From positions 2,816,001-2,880,000 of the forward strand of contig OZ241869.1 in NCBI GenBank assembly GCA_965202805.1: DNA of 64,000 nucleotides. Direction: 5' to 3'. Below, in pieces: positions 28,288-37,934 of this stretch. The stretch is from Longimicrobiales bacterium. Its GTDB lineage: Bacteria > Gemmatimonadota > Gemmatimonadetes > Longimicrobiales > Gaopeijiaceae. The notes beneath the pieces are model-generated. The model saw only the letters and a program-made list of their open reading frames with translations. It was not told the DNA's origin and searched no databases. The translations under genes and the position numbers were made by a program. The stretch's first letter is position 1, and each line of letters opens with the position of its first letter.

Positions 28288-30236
28288 GTTTCCCGTGAAA
28301 CATGGCTGGCTCCACGGTGTTGTTTCACCGTCATGTTTCCCGTGGAACATTGTGAACGAACGCCCCCCTGTTTCCGGATCTCCAGGACCAGGTTCTGAAG
28401 ATCCGCCGGCGACACGCCCGAGACCCTCGAGGCCTGCGCCAGGGTGCCGGGACGGACTTGACCCAGCTTTTCGCGGGCCTCGTGCGACAGCGTCACCAGG
28501 TCCTGGTACACGATATCCCGGGGAATCCGGAATGCCGCGCGCGCGCGAAGCGCAGCCGCTCGATCCCGCTCGCGCTGCACATATCCCCGGTACTTCAGGT
28601 CGACCTCGACCGCCAACATTGCATCCTCCCAGCCAACCTCGACAAATGACGCATTGGCCGCCCGAATCAGCATCTTTGATGTCACCTCCGGCCTTCTCAA
28701 TAAATCCACCGCTCGTGAGGTGGTGCGCACCGGGCTGGATCCCGCGTCCGCCAACGCGTCGTTCACCTGCTCGGGTCGCAGGCGCGTTGAGCGGAACCAC
28801 TCGCGCAGCCGCGCTTCCGTCTCCAGGCGTTCTTCAAGCACCTTTGTCTGGCTGGGCGACAACAGACCCCGTTGGCGCGCTACCGGCCCCAGGCGGGAGA
28901 GCGCGTTGTCCTGTCTCAGCAGAAGGCGGAATTCTGCGCGCGAGGTAAAGAGCCTGTAGGGTTCATCCACGCCCTTGGTGACCAGATCGTCGATCAGCAC
29001 GCCGATGTACGCCTCGTCACGCTCAAGGACGAAGGGCGCCTTCTCCAGAGCGGCCAAACCGGCGTTGGCACCCGCTACCAACCCCTGCCCGGCGGCTTCC
29101 TCGTAGCCGGTCGTGCCGTTAATCTGCCCGGCAAAGAAGAGTCCCGCTACCGACTTCACCTCCAGCGTGTGCCGCAGCTGATGCGGAAGGAAGTAGTCGT
29201 ACTCGATCGCGTACCCGCACCGGGTCATGCGCACGCGCTCCAACCCCGGCACGGTACGCAGGAATCGGAGCTGCACTTCCGGAGGCAACGAGGTCGACAG
29301 CCCGTTGACATAGAGTTCGGTCGTGTCCAACCCCTCCGGCTCCAGAAAGACCTGGTGCCCGCGTGCGTCCGGAAACCGTACGATCTTGTCTTCGATCGAC
29401 GGACAGTACCGCGGCCCGCGGCCCGCGATGGCCCCCCCGAACCGCGCGCTCTGGTCGAGGTTTTCCTGCACGATGTCCCGGAGTTCCTCCCCCGTCCACG
29501 TAATCCAGCAGGGTCGCTCGCCCGGATACTCCTCGCGTACAAACGCCGAGAACCGCACCCCTCCCGGTTCCGACGGTTGCTCCTGCACCCTTCCGTAGTC
29601 CACGGACCGACCGTCGATGCGAGGTGGAGTGCCGGTCTTGAAACGCGCCACCTCCAGCTCCCGGCCTTCGAGCGCACAGGCCAGCGCGACCGAGCCCTCC
29701 TCTCCGGCACGCCCCCCCTCGACCCCTTTTCCAAGGCCGATATGAATGCGCCCGCGAAGAAACGTGCCCGTCGTGATGACCACGGAGGAAGCCCGGAACT
29801 CCAGCCCCGTGCGCGTCCGCACGCCGGCAATCCGGTCGCCCCGGAACACAAGGTCGGAGACCATGTCCTGAAAGAGGTCCAGCGTCGGCAGTTCTTCGAG
29901 CACCCGCCGCACCGCCAGAGCATACAGGGTCCTGTCGCATTGCGCGCGCGGACCCCACACGGCCGGTCCCTTGGAGCGGTTGAGCATACGGAAGTGAATG
30001 CGCGCCGCGTCCGTAGCCCGGCCCATCACACCGCCGAGAGCGTCGACCTCGCGCGCGACGACACCCTTCGCGATGCCCCCGATCGCGGGGTTACAGCTCA
30101 TCTGTCCGATGCGCCCAAGATCCGGGGTGATCAGCAACACGCGAGTTCCGAGGCGCGCTGCGGCGGCCGCCGCCTCTGCCCCGGCGTGGCCTCCACCCAC
30201 CACGATGACGTCGAATTCTCGATCCACGATCTGCAA
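28284..30236 (-). CDS. mnmG: tRNA uridine-5-carboxymethylaminomethyl(34) synthesis enzyme
   Basis: GGGHAG, MSCNPAIGG, GPRYCPSIEDK, GQINGTTGYEEA. Confidence 0.97.
   Translation of the reverse strand: MQIVDREFDVIVVGGGHAGAEAAAAAARLGTRVLLITPDLGRIGQMSCNPAIGGIAKGVVAREVDALGGVMGRATDAARIHFRMLNRSKGPAVWGPRAQCDRTLYALAVRRVLEELPTLDLFQDMVSDLVFRGDRIAGVRTRTGLEFRASSVVITTGTFLRGRIHIGLGKGVEGGRAGEEGSVALACALEGRELEVARFKTGTPPRIDGRSVDYGRVQEQPSEPGGVRFSAFVREEYPGERPCWITWTGEELRDIVQENLDQSARFGGAIAGRGPRYCPSIEDKIVRFPDARGHQVFLEPEGLDTTELYVNGLSTSLPPEVQLRFLRTVPGLERVRMTRCGYAIEYDYFLPHQLRHTLEVKSVAGLFFAGQINGTTGYEEAAGQGLVAGANAGLAALEKAPFVLERDEAYIGVLIDDLVTKGVDEPYRLFTSRAEFRLLLRQDNALSRLGPVARQRGLLSPSQTKVLEERLETEARLREWFRSTRLRPEQVNDALADAGSSPVRTTSRAVDLLRRPEVTSKMLIRAANASFVEVGWEDAMLAVEVDLKYRGYVQRERDRAAALRARAAFRIPRDIVYQDLVTLSHEAREKLGQVRPGTLAQASRVSGVSPADLQNLVLEIRKQGGVRSQCSTGNMTVKQHRGASHVSRET
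28287..28302. promoter_or_regulatory. parS site
   Basis: TGTTTCCCGTGAAACA, one mismatch to TGTTTCACGTGAAACA. Confidence 0.85.
28334..28349. promoter_or_regulatory. parS site
   Basis: TGTTTCCCGTGGAACA, within a 30-bp direct repeat. Confidence 0.8.
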
Positions 30237-30259
30237 CCCGCGTTTCCCGTCTCGCCTGC

Positions 30260-31723
30260 CTATTTCCCGATACAGAAGTCCCGGAACACCCGGTCGAGCA
30301 CCTCATCCAGGGTAACGGTCCCGAGGACATCCTCCAGGGCCGTCTCTGCCGGCCTCAGGTGGGTCGCGGCCACTTCGGCCGGAACCCCGTTCGCCAGGGC
30401 GCGTTCAAATGCGTCCAGCTCCTCCACCGCTCGTGTCAGACAGCGGCGGTGGCGCCTGCGGGTCACGACCGGCATGTCTGCCGGCGCCTGGACCAGCCCC
30501 CCAAAAACCATGCGCGGCAGAACGCTGCGGATCTCTTCCAGTCCCTCGCCCGTGACGACCGAGGTGACGATCCGGTCAGGCAGGGCGTTGACGTCATCCG
30601 TTCCGGCCGCGAGAGGGTGCCTTGTCCGGCCTTCTGCCCTGGAACAGCCGTTCCCCCGGGTGCCCACGTACCTGGGCGTGCCGTTGCCCGCTCGGGCCAG
30701 GTCGGCCTTTGTTTCCAAAACCAGGAACGGGCAATCGCGTTCATCCAGAAATCCCGCATCCGCATCCGAAACCCCTTCGCCCCACTCCGTGCAATACAGC
30801 ACCAGATCCGCCCGCGCCAGATAGCGGCGGGCCACTTCGATCCCCAACGCCTCGACGCGCTCCCCGGTTTCCCGGAGCCCGGCGGTATCCACAAGCCGGA
30901 ACGGATAGCCGCCCAACGACACAGTGGCCTCGAGCGCGTCTCGCGTGGTTCCCGGCACTTCGGTCACGATGGCACGGTCGTATCCAACTAAAGCATTGAA
31001 AATACTTGACTTACCGGAATTGGGACGTCCTGCCAGAACGGTCAGCGCACCCTCTCTGAGCAGCTCCCCCTCAGGTGCCGTGGCCAGCACGCCCTCCAAC
31101 CGGAGACGCACCTCCCGCGCCTCGTGGGCCACGGCCTCGAGGCTCGTCGGGGGCTCGTCCTCATCCGGAAAGTCCAGGTGGTGGACGAGCAGTGCCTCCA
31201 GTCTGACCAGAGAAGCGCGAGCCGACGTCATCCGGGCCGACAGCCCACGCTCGATCTGATGCACCGCCACCCGGTGCAGTGCCCGGCTGCGGCCCGCCAC
31301 CAGATCGGAAACGGCCTCCGCCTGCAGCAGATCCATCTTCCCGTTCAGGTAGGCCCGCCGGGTGAATTCACCGGGCTCGGCCATGCGCGCGCCCGCCTCG
31401 AGCGCGTGCTCCACCAGGAGGCCGGGGACGAGATATCCGCCGTGACAGGAGATCTCCACCATGTCCTCGCCGGTGTAGCTGGCCGGCGCCGGAAAGCTGG
31501 TGACGATTCCCCGGTCCAGGAGTTCCCCGGATTCCGGGTCGTGCAGTCCCGCCAGCATCGCTCGGCGGGCACCTGGGTCACGCAGACAGGGCGCGAGCGC
31601 GCGTCGGATGGAAAACGCGCCCGGTCCCGAGACTCGCACCACCGCGAGGGCCCCCGGCCCCGGCGGGGTCGCCGCTGCCACGATGGTGTCCGTCAATCTT
31701 GCTCCCTGTTCCGGCCTGGCCAT
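30260..31723 (-). CDS. mnmE: tRNA modification GTPase
   Basis: SYTGED, GEFTRRAYLNGK, GRPNSGKSS, GTTRD, DTAG, C-terminal FCIGK. Confidence 0.97.
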   Translation of the reverse strand: MARPEQGARLTDTIVAAATPPGPGALAVVRVSGPGAFSIRRALAPCLRDPGARRAMLAGLHDPESGELLDRGIVTSFPAPASYTGEDMVEISCHGGYLVPGLLVEHALEAGARMAEPGEFTRRAYLNGKMDLLQAEAVSDLVAGRSRALHRVAVHQIERGLSARMTSARASLVRLEALLVHHLDFPDEDEPPTSLEAVAHEAREVRLRLEGVLATAPEGELLREGALTVLAGRPNSGKSSIFNALVGYDRAIVTEVPGTTRDALEATVSLGGYPFRLVDTAGLRETGERVEALGIEVARRYLARADLVLYCTEWGEGVSDADAGFLDERDCPFLVLETKADLARAGNGTPRYVGTRGNGCSRAEGRTRHPLAAGTDDVNALPDRIVTSVVTGEGLEEIRSVLPRMVFGGLVQAPADMPVVTRRRHRRCLTRAVEELDAFERALANGVPAEVAATHLRPAETALEDVLGTVTLDEVLDRVFRDFCIGK

Positions 31724-31739
31724 CCCGGTCGGCCGTCTT

Positions 31740-33419
31740 TCAGACCTGGGAGGGTGCCTTGTTCCTCGCCTTCTGCCGCTCCCTGGCGATCCAGTACTGC
31801 TGTGGCAATGTGGCGATGTTGGCCGTCGCGTAGTAGAGGTTCAGCCCCGATGCCAACTGGAAGAAGATGAATACCATGAAGATCGGCATGAACCACAGCA
31901 TCATCTTCATCTGGGGGTTCACCTGCTCCATCGTACGCATGCTCACCCACTGAAGCAGAAACATGGACAGGCCGAGGAAGACGGGAAGCAGATACAGGGG
32001 ATCCGGGGCGGAGAGATCCGGGAGCCAGAGGAAGGAGACGCCGCGAAGCTCGATGGTATTCTGGAACACGAAGAAGAGGGTGATGAGCACCGGGAAGGGG
32101 ATGAGCATGGGCACGCATCCGGCCAGCGGATTGAAGCCATGTTCCTTGTACAGCCTCATCATCTCCTTCTGCTGCCGCTCGGGATCGTTCTTGTACTTGG
32201 CCTGGATCTCCTTGACCATGGGCGCGACGGCGGTGTTCCTCAGCTGCGCGCGCATGGCCTTCTGGTTCAGCGGAAAGAGGACGACCCGCATCATGACCCC
32301 GAACAGGATCAACACCCATCCATAGCCCCAGCCCAGCTGGTTGTGCAGGTAGATGAGGATCGTGGTGATGATCGCCGCAAACGGCTGGATGACGGGCCGC
32401 AGCCACCTCCAGCCGACCGGGTTCACATCTTCGAGGTCACCGCCGATCGTCGTCAGCCGGGTGAAGTCCTGCGGCCCCAGATAGACCCGATACGCGAACG
32501 AGTCGTCGGGCAGGAGGCTCTGCGCGGCGGTTACCGATACCCGCGGCTCCTCCCCGCCGTACAGGTCGACCGGGCGCCGCGCGAACACACCACCCAGGAA
32601 GCGCTCCGCCTCCCAGTCCTCTCCGGCCAGCAGCGCCGCCAGGAAGTACTTGCTCTTGAGCGCCACCCACAGCAGCGGGCCGTCCTCGACCCGATCGTCC
32701 TCGAAATTCCTGAGCGGCCGCTGCCGGATCCCGTCCTGGGTGTGGTTGACCACGTAGGCGAGCGCCTGTTCGTCATCGGCGGGGCGCGCCTCGTTGAACG
32801 CCAGTCCCTGGCCCAGGTCGGTAAGCAGAAGACCTCGATCGACCCCGAGAACACGCCCGCGGACGTCGATCAGATATGAGTCCGGGTCAAAACGGTATCG
32901 GATTTCGAAACCGGTCGCCCCGTCGGGACTCCGGAAGGCAAAGCCGAGCTCCTGCGGGTCACCGCCCTCGGCCAGCGTAAGTCCTTCCGCAGGAGACACT
33001 TCGAACGGCATTGCGGAGAAGTCGAGGGTGTCTCCGGCGACTGCGACCCGGTTGCCGAACGCCCCCGGTCCGTCGCGCAGGAGAAGCTGTACCGGGCCAT
33101 CGTCCGCGAACGACCTGAATCCCGGCAGGACCGCGGACTGCAACTGCGCCCCGTAGTTGCTGAACTCGAACTCGTAGAGCGGTCCCCGCACGCGGATCCG
33201 GCGCTCGGGCACCACCGGCGCATCCGGCGCGGGCACGACGCCGATCCCGACGCTCGTCGTTACCGCGGACTCGGGCGGCTCTTCGGTTTGAGGTTCGCCT
33301 TCCACGGCCGCGGGCGTGGGCGGCTCCGGGGTCGGGGGAGGCGGGAAGAGCAGGTTGGTCCCGAACAGGACGCCGATCATCAGAAAGATGGCGAGGACGA
33401 AGCGAAGTTCCGGCCTCAT
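31740..33419 (-). CDS. yidC: Membrane protein insertase
   Basis: N-terminal TM, periplasmic domain, [23 protein letters not shown]; gene order. Confidence 0.96.
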   Translation of the reverse strand: MRPELRFVLAIFLMIGVLFGTNLLFPPPPTPEPPTPAAVEGEPQTEEPPESAVTTSVGIGVVPAPDAPVVPERRIRVRGPLYEFEFSNYGAQLQSAVLPGFRSFADDGPVQLLLRDGPGAFGNRVAVAGDTLDFSAMPFEVSPAEGLTLAEGGDPQELGFAFRSPDGATGFEIRYRFDPDSYLIDVRGRVLGVDRGLLLTDLGQGLAFNEARPADDEQALAYVVNHTQDGIRQRPLRNFEDDRVEDGPLLWVALKSKYFLAALLAGEDWEAERFLGGVFARRPVDLYGGEEPRVSVTAAQSLLPDDSFAYRVYLGPQDFTRLTTIGGDLEDVNPVGWRWLRPVIQPFAAIITTILIYLHNQLGWGYGWVLILFGVMMRVVLFPLNQKAMRAQLRNTAVAPMVKEIQAKYKNDPERQQKEMMRLYKEHGFNPLAGCVPMLIPFPVLITLFFVFQNTIELRGVSFLWLPDLSAPDPLYLLPVFLGLSMFLLQWVSMRTMEQVNPQMKMMLWFMPIFMVFIFFQLASGLNLYYATANIATLPQQYWIARERQKARNKAPSQV

Positions 33420-33637
33420 CGCGCGCGTCCTCGAGGCACCGGGTCAAAGCCCTTCCCTCCGAGGGGATGGCACCGGCAGAGCCGCCGCAGAGTCAGCCAG
33501 CAGCCGCGAAGGGTTCCGTGCCGTTCGAGCGCCTCCAGCGCATAGGACGAACAGCTGGGCACGAAGCGACAGGCAGGCGGCGTCAACGGAGAGATGGCCG
33601 CGCGATAGAATCGAATGCCGCTCAGCAAGAACTTCAG
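33416..33637 (-). CDS. yidD: Membrane protein insertion efficiency factor
   Basis: [20 protein letters not shown]; start probably CTG at 33637 (alternative TTG at 33628). Confidence 0.9.
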   Translation of the reverse strand: MKFLLSGIRFYRAAISPLTPPACRFVPSCSSYALEALERHGTLRGCWLTLRRLCRCHPLGGKGFDPVPRGRAR

Positions 33638-34020
33638 AGTAGCTCCTCGGTCAGCTTCACCAGTTGACTCCTGAGCTGCTGGAACGACACGCCGTACGCC
33701 TCCCGCCTCGTTCTGACCAGGAAGTCCAGTTCCCGGGGAAGGGTGTCGAGCCGCGGCAGCACCTCGATTCGGCCGATTTCCCGCAGCCGACGCCTCAAGC
33801 GGTTGCGATCCACGATGGTGTGCCCGTACTTGGGCACGATCACACCGAAGCGGGCACAGGAAGCGGCGGAAGCCGCGAGGAAGACGTCGAGTTCGGACGT
33901 CCGCCGTCGCTTCCCCCGCCTTAGCAGGCTCCGGATCTCGCCGGACCGCCGAATGCGTCTCACGGGCGGAAAGCATACTTCGGTTGGAGGCCCCGGCTCG
34001 TCGGCGGCTGCGCCGTCTAC
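33634..34020 (-). CDS. rnpA: Ribonuclease P protein component (start uncertain)
   Basis: [24 protein letters not shown] motif; lies between rpmH and yidD. Confidence 0.88.
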   Translation of the reverse strand, partial: VDGAAADEPGPPTEVCFPPVRRIRRSGEIRSLLRRGKRRRTSELDVFLAASAASCARFGVIVPKYGHTIVDRNRLRRRLREIGRIEVLPRLDTLPRELDFLVRTRREAYGVSFQQLRSQLVKLTEELL

Positions 34021-34166
34021 TTCGAGCCGACCTCCACGACCAGCCTGCGGCGCCCCTTCCTCCTCCGCCTCGACAGTGTCTTGCGGCCTGCCCGAGTGCT
34101 CATTCTGGCGCGGAATCCGTGGGTGTTCTTTCTCTTTCGATTCCGTGGTCTGTATGTCGGTTTCAT
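34017..34166 (-). CDS. rpmH: 50S ribosomal protein L34
   Basis: [28 protein letters not shown]. Confidence 0.97.
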   Translation of the reverse strand: MKPTYRPRNRKRKNTHGFRARMSTRAGRKTLSRRRRKGRRRLVVEVGSK

Positions 34167-34174
34167 GTGGAACG
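34159..34174. promoter_or_regulatory. parS-like site overlapping the rpmH start codon
   Basis: GGTTTCATGTGGAACG. Confidence 0.6.
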
Positions 34175-34343
34175 TTCGTGAAAGGGACCACCCGCATCCT
34201 GTCGAGCCACTCGCACCAACCACCAGACGAACGCGGGACGGGCGAGGAACCTACCGGAAATCCGCGCGGACCGTCAACCCCGCCCTGCACCGCCATGCCC
34301 GCTCGACCGGCGTCGCCCCGGGGCGCAGGCCCGCCTTCGGCGA

Positions 34344-34372
34344 TTGACTTTTCCACACTCCAGGGGTACCGT
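34344..34372 (+). promoter_or_regulatory. dnaA promoter with an embedded DnaA box
   Basis: TTGACT-17 nt-TACCGT; TTTTCCACA at 34349-34357. Confidence 0.7.
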
Positions 34373-34445
34373 TGCATCCTTCGGTTCTCCGGGGGCTTTC
34401 CGCGCAAGCCCCGGCCCTTGAATCTCCTCCCCCAGTCCTTCCTCG

Positions 34446-35834
34446 ATGGAACTCTCTGCTTCCGAAATCTGGGCTCACGCCCTGGCTGCCGCGCGGACCT
34501 ACCTGCCGGAGCAGAGTTTCCAGACCTGGCTCTCCGGCACCGAGGCGGTCGGCTTCTCCGATGGAGAGCTTCTCGTCGAGGCCCCCAGCCAATTCCACGT
34601 GGAGTGGATCGAGGACAAGTACGGCGCGCTGCTCCGCAGAAGCATCGAGCAGAGGCTGGGACGTCCGTTGTCGATCTCCTACCGTTCATCGGCTTCACAC
34701 GCCGCGCCGGCAGCCTTCGACCTGGCTGCGGACACTCCTTCCTACGCCACGACCGCGTACAGGTCCAGCATATCCGAGTCCAGGCCCCCGGTGTCCTCCG
34801 ACAAGCTGAACGAGCGCTACACCTTCGACCGCTTCGTCGTGGGCAACAACAACCAGCTGGCCGTCGCAGCCTGCCGTGCCGTCGCCGAGAAACCGGCCCG
34901 CATGTACAATCCGCTCTTCGTGTACGGCGGGGTGGGACTCGGAAAGACCCATCTCATGCATGCGATCGGCAACTACCTGCAGCAGCACGCTCCCCAGACG
35001 CACATCGCATACGTTCCCACCGAGCAATTCACCAACGAGCTGGTCACATCCATCCAGGAGGGAGCCACGCCCGGCTTCCGCCGGCGCTATAGGCATATCG
35101 ATCTGCTGCTCGTAGACGACATCCACTTCCTCGAAGGCAAGGAACGCACACAGGAAGAGTTTTTTCACACCTTCAACGCCCTTTACGACGCGCAGAAGCA
35201 GATTGTTCTGACCAGCGACCGCGCACCCAGCAGCCTGTCCGGGCTCGAGCAGCGTCTGGTGTCGCGTTTCGCGTGGGGTCTGGTGGCCGACATCAAGCCG
35301 CCGGACTACGAAACCCGGATTGCGATCGTCCGGAAGAAGTCGGCCGCCGACGGGCTCTTCCTGGAGGATGACGTGATCGACCTCGTGGCCCGGTCGTGCA
35401 CCTCGTCGGTCCGGGAGATGGAAGGCGCGATCATCAAGCTGCTCGCCTTTTCGTCCCTCACGAATCAGGAGATTACGCTCAAGCTCGCGCACGAGGCCCT
35501 GCAGGAATCCCGAATCCCGAGCGACATCCCGTCCCCGCCCATTTCGATGACCGACATCCTGAACGCGGCCGCTGCAGCATGGCGGGTGGAACCCGCAGGC
35601 CTCGTCTCGAAGCGGCGTACTCGTGACGTGACCGTGCCCCGGCAGGTCGCCATGTTCCTGATCAAGGAGATTCTCGATCCGCCCCTGACCCGGATCGGCG
35701 CGGCCTTCGGGGGGCGCGATCACTCCACGGTCATCCACTCGATCCGAAAGGTGGATCGTGACATGCAGACGGACGAGGAGTTCGCCGGGCGCGTGTCCCG
35801 GCTGCGGGATCAGATTCTCGCGGGAGGAGCGTGA
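34446..35834 (+). CDS. dnaA: Chromosomal replication initiator
   Basis: YNPLFVYGGVGLGKTHL, LLVDDI, QEEFFHTFN, GGRDHSTVIH. Confidence 0.98.
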   Translation: MELSASEIWAHALAAARTYLPEQSFQTWLSGTEAVGFSDGELLVEAPSQFHVEWIEDKYGALLRRSIEQRLGRPLSISYRSSASHAAPAAFDLAADTPSYATTAYRSSISESRPPVSSDKLNERYTFDRFVVGNNNQLAVAACRAVAEKPARMYNPLFVYGGVGLGKTHLMHAIGNYLQQHAPQTHIAYVPTEQFTNELVTSIQEGATPGFRRRYRHIDLLLVDDIHFLEGKERTQEEFFHTFNALYDAQKQIVLTSDRAPSSLSGLEQRLVSRFAWGLVADIKPPDYETRIAIVRKKSAADGLFLEDDVIDLVARSCTSSVREMEGAIIKLLAFSSLTNQEITLKLAHEALQESRIPSDIPSPPISMTDILNAAAAAWRVEPAGLVSKRRTRDVTVPRQVAMFLIKEILDPPLTRIGAAFGGRDHSTVIHSIRKVDRDMQTDEEFAGRVSRLRDQILAGGA

Positions 35835-36129
35835 AATCCATGTTCAAACCGATGGGGAGAACCGGGGAAACCTCGAGGCCTGCTCCACTCGCGACGTCCC
35901 GGCTGTGGATTCATGGAAAACCGGATGCCCTTATGCAACCGGATTCCACGGCATCCTGCCATTCCCGAGGTCGTTGGGATGAAGCAGGTTACCCGGACGC
36001 GGACGAGACGTTATCGACAACCCCACAGCCCCTACTACTACTACTTTTTACCTGTCCAAGGGTAGAACTCGAACTTCCTCTCGTGGATTCGCCCAAGAGC
36101 GCAACTCAATTACCCAGGACCCGATCCAC
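35835..36129. other. oriC: Replication origin oriC (dnaA-dnaN intergenic)
   Basis: TTATCGACA (36011) and ACCCCACA tandem boxes, GCCCC, then TACTACTACTAC DnaA-trios (36033-36044); other degenerate boxes nearby. Confidence 0.85.
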
Positions 36130-37245
36130 ATGAAACTTGCCCTGACTCGGCAGAACCTGTACCAGGGACTCTCGGCAGTCTCCCAGTCCGTCCCGGCCCG
36201 AACCACGCTGCCGGTTCTCTCCAACATTCTCTTCGATGCGACCGAAGAGGGCCTCTGGATCACGGCCACGGATCTGGATGTCACGGTTCGAACCCGCGTC
36301 CCCGCGGAGGTTCAGGAGGCAGGTTCGTTGACCGTCCCCGGGAAGAAGATCCAGGAGATCGTGCGGGCTCTTCCCGACCGTCCGGTGCTGGCGGGCACGC
36401 TGGGCAGCCAGATGGAGCTGGTCTGCGGCAAGAGCCGGTTCAAGCTCAACGGGCTGCCTGCAGATGATTTCCCGTCGTCGCCCCACCTGGACTTCGACCA
36501 GGCATGGACTACCTCCGGGGCCGACCTTCTGTCGCTCATCCGCAATACCTCCTTCGCGGTTTCGAGCGAGGAGAGCCGGCCGATCCTGAGCGGAGTGCTC
36601 TGGGAACTGCGGGGAAACGAGATGAGAATGGTGGCGACCAACGGCCACAGGCTCGCGAGGAGGGCGGTCAAGACCGAGTCGTCCGGGCCCGCGGCCTCGA
36701 ACCTCATCGTTCCCCCCTCGGCGTTGAAGCTGGTTCAGCGGCTCTTCGGTGAAGGGGATGACCTCGAGTTGGGCCGGGACGGCAACTTTCTCGGTTTTCG
36801 CTCGGGGGCAACCGAGGTGTTTACCCGGCTGATCGACGGCACCTACCCCAACTACAAGCAGGTGATTCCCAAGGACAACGACAAGTTTGCGGTGGTCGAC
36901 AAGAACAGCCTGCTTGCCGCCGTGAAGCGGATGGACGTTGTCGCGAGCGACCAGACGCACCGGATCAAGCTCAGATTTTCGGGTAGCCGGATGAACCTGA
37001 GCGTGAGCACGCCCGATCTGGGTGAGGGGTACGATGAGGTGGATCTCGGATACGAGGGCGACGACCTCGAAATCGGGTTCAACGCCAGCTATCTGATCGA
37101 GGTGCTCCAGCACATGCCCACGGATGATGTGCGGCTGGGATTCAAGGCGCCGGAGCGTGCGGCGACCGTCGAGCCGGTGCCAGCGGAGGACGCGGACGCG
37201 ATCGATTACCTCTGCCTGGTGATGCCCCTTCGGTTGCTCGACTGA
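36130..37245 (+). CDS. dnaN: DNA polymerase III beta sliding clamp
   Basis: ATDLD, SRPILSG, ATNGHRL, IGFNASY, LVMPLRL; follows dnaA. Confidence 0.97.
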   Translation: MKLALTRQNLYQGLSAVSQSVPARTTLPVLSNILFDATEEGLWITATDLDVTVRTRVPAEVQEAGSLTVPGKKIQEIVRALPDRPVLAGTLGSQMELVCGKSRFKLNGLPADDFPSSPHLDFDQAWTTSGADLLSLIRNTSFAVSSEESRPILSGVLWELRGNEMRMVATNGHRLARRAVKTESSGPAASNLIVPPSALKLVQRLFGEGDDLELGRDGNFLGFRSGATEVFTRLIDGTYPNYKQVIPKDNDKFAVVDKNSLLAAVKRMDVVASDQTHRIKLRFSGSRMNLSVSTPDLGEGYDEVDLGYEGDDLEIGFNASYLIEVLQHMPTDDVRLGFKAPERAATVEPVPAEDADAIDYLCLVMPLRLLD

Positions 37246-37793
37246 ACCGCGGCAAGGAGTTCACTCGCGGGGAACACGGTTGTCACCGCGTACCCTTCGG
37301 CCGTGATACGCTCACCGGCCCCTTCCTCCCGATCTACGAGCGCCAGGACGGCGAGCACCCGGGCACCGTGCTCCTCGACAGCCCGGATCGCCTTGAGGGT
37401 GCTGCGGCCGGTGGTCATCGCATCCTCGATGACCACCACGCATGCATCCGCGGGAAGACCACCCTCGATCCTGCGCCGGGTGCCGTACTCCTTCGCGTCC
37501 TTGCGGACGGAAAACGCATCGACGGGACGGCCCTCCTCCCAGCTCTGGCGGGCGATGGCGTAGGAGATCGGGTCGGCGCCCAACGTCAGCCCGCCGACGT
37601 GGGTGGGATCCAGATCGGCGCGCCGGAGGTAACTCAGGCATACGCGGCCAACGAGCGCCTGTCCCTCGGCGGTCATGGTCGTCGCTCGCGCGTCGACGTA
37701 GTACGTGGAACGGGTGCCGCTGGCGAGCGTGAACCCGCCTAGCCGGAGAGATCGCTTGATGAGCAGGGCGAGCAGGCGGTCGCGGCTGTCCAT
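37206..37793 (-). CDS. pyrE: Orotate phosphoribosyltransferase
   Basis: FTLASG..STYYVD, RKDAKEYG, VIEDAMTTG PRPP loop; 40-bp convergent overlap with dnaN. Confidence 0.93.
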   Translation of the reverse strand: MDSRDRLLALLIKRSLRLGGFTLASGTRSTYYVDARATTMTAEGQALVGRVCLSYLRRADLDPTHVGGLTLGADPISYAIARQSWEEGRPVDAFSVRKDAKEYGTRRRIEGGLPADACVVVIEDAMTTGRSTLKAIRAVEEHGARVLAVLALVDREEGAGERITAEGYAVTTVFPASELLAAVQSSNRRGITRQR

Positions 37794-37934
37794 GCGGGTC
37801 CTCGGCGCGGGAGAACGATAACGCGCCCCGCGCGCAGCGCCGGGGCAAAACAGGACGGAAAGCGGGTAGCGCGGTATATTGATATCCGAGTTCCGCATCG
37901 TCAAACGAGGCAAGGGGCCGGCAAAGGTATCGGT

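Noticed and set aside
28872..30824. Long antisense ORFs such as the 650-aa ORF opposite mnmG and the 489-aa ORF at 6974-8443
   Set aside because: Shadow frames expected from high GC3 codon bias opposite recognised genes
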